Translations under genes and position numbers: made by a program
Notes under the pieces: generated by a model
The model's input: only the letters and a program-made list of their open reading frames with translations
Databases searched by the model: none
What the model was told of the DNA's origin: nothing
In this document: positions 26,409 through 26,424 of the stretch, in pieces
Layout of the letters: every line of letters begins with the position of its first letter
How positions within the stretch are numbered: the stretch's first letter is position 1
NCBI GenBank assembly: GCA_947483555.1
Contig: CANKMW010000015.1
Location: 1-26,424 of the forward strand
Direction of reading: 5' to 3'
Source of the DNA: Myxococcales bacterium
GTDB taxonomy: Bacteria; Myxococcota_A; Polyangia; Haliangiales; Haliangiaceae
DNA: 26,424 bases

Positions 26409-26424
26409 GCGAGCCTGAAGCGCC

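Noticed and set aside
1-26424. Search for tRNA, rRNA, CRISPR arrays, IS elements or transposases, and integrase genes.
   Set aside because: No cloverleaf-like conserved tRNA features, no short regularly spaced direct repeats, no terminal inverted repeats, and no DDE, transposase or integrase motifs were seen in any frame.

Overview
High-GC (~70%) bacterial window, most likely from a Myxococcales deltaproteobacterium. A MYXO-CTERM-type C-terminal tail, many lipoprotein signals and giant TPR and multiheme proteins all point that way. I see about 15 genuine genes plus the 3' end of a sixteenth. They fall into four groups.

(i) Cytochrome cluster, roughly 83-7197. A 27-heme cytochrome built of nine c7-like triheme domains (83-2077). 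Then a secreted, beta-strand-rich protein that may be an outer-membrane barrel (2068-3714). Then a ~1124-aa lipoprotein cytochrome with ~32 heme motifs, carried on five tandem 501-bp repeats that each hold CX4CH and CXXCH motifs (3823-7197). I read the three together as a candidate porin-cytochrome trans-outer-membrane electron conduit.

(ii) Small genes and a giant. A HExxH metallopeptidase lipoprotein, a STAS-like protein with a zinc-ribbon tail, and a small lipoprotein on the plus strand. Convergent with them, on the minus strand, a Trm112-like zinc-ribbon/SAM methyltransferase fusion and an RluA-family pseudouridine synthase. A cytoplasmic TPR/alpha-solenoid protein of 2588 aa (11149-18915) is divergent from these.

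(iii) Nuclease module. A DUF222-type HNH endonuclease has a Pro-Ala linker and a C-terminal tail that resembles RuvA domain III. It is translationally coupled to a stand-alone LuxR/GerE HTH protein.

(iv) Secreted-protein block. A Cys-rich lipoprotein with a PLA2-like C-x-x-H-D-x-C motif. Directly after it, one nucleotide on and in a different frame, a trypsin-like serine protease that has no start codon or signal peptide but ends in a MYXO-CTERM-like tag. This looks like a frameshifted fusion. Then a lipoprotein with two PA14 domains and a proprotein-convertase P-domain, and an FHA-GGDEF diguanylate cyclase.

No tRNA, rRNA, CRISPR array, transposase or IS element is visible. Many long ORFs in the six-frame track are antisense or off-frame artefacts of high-GC coding DNA and I rejected them. 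All functional calls rest on motifs read directly from the translations; no database search was possible.
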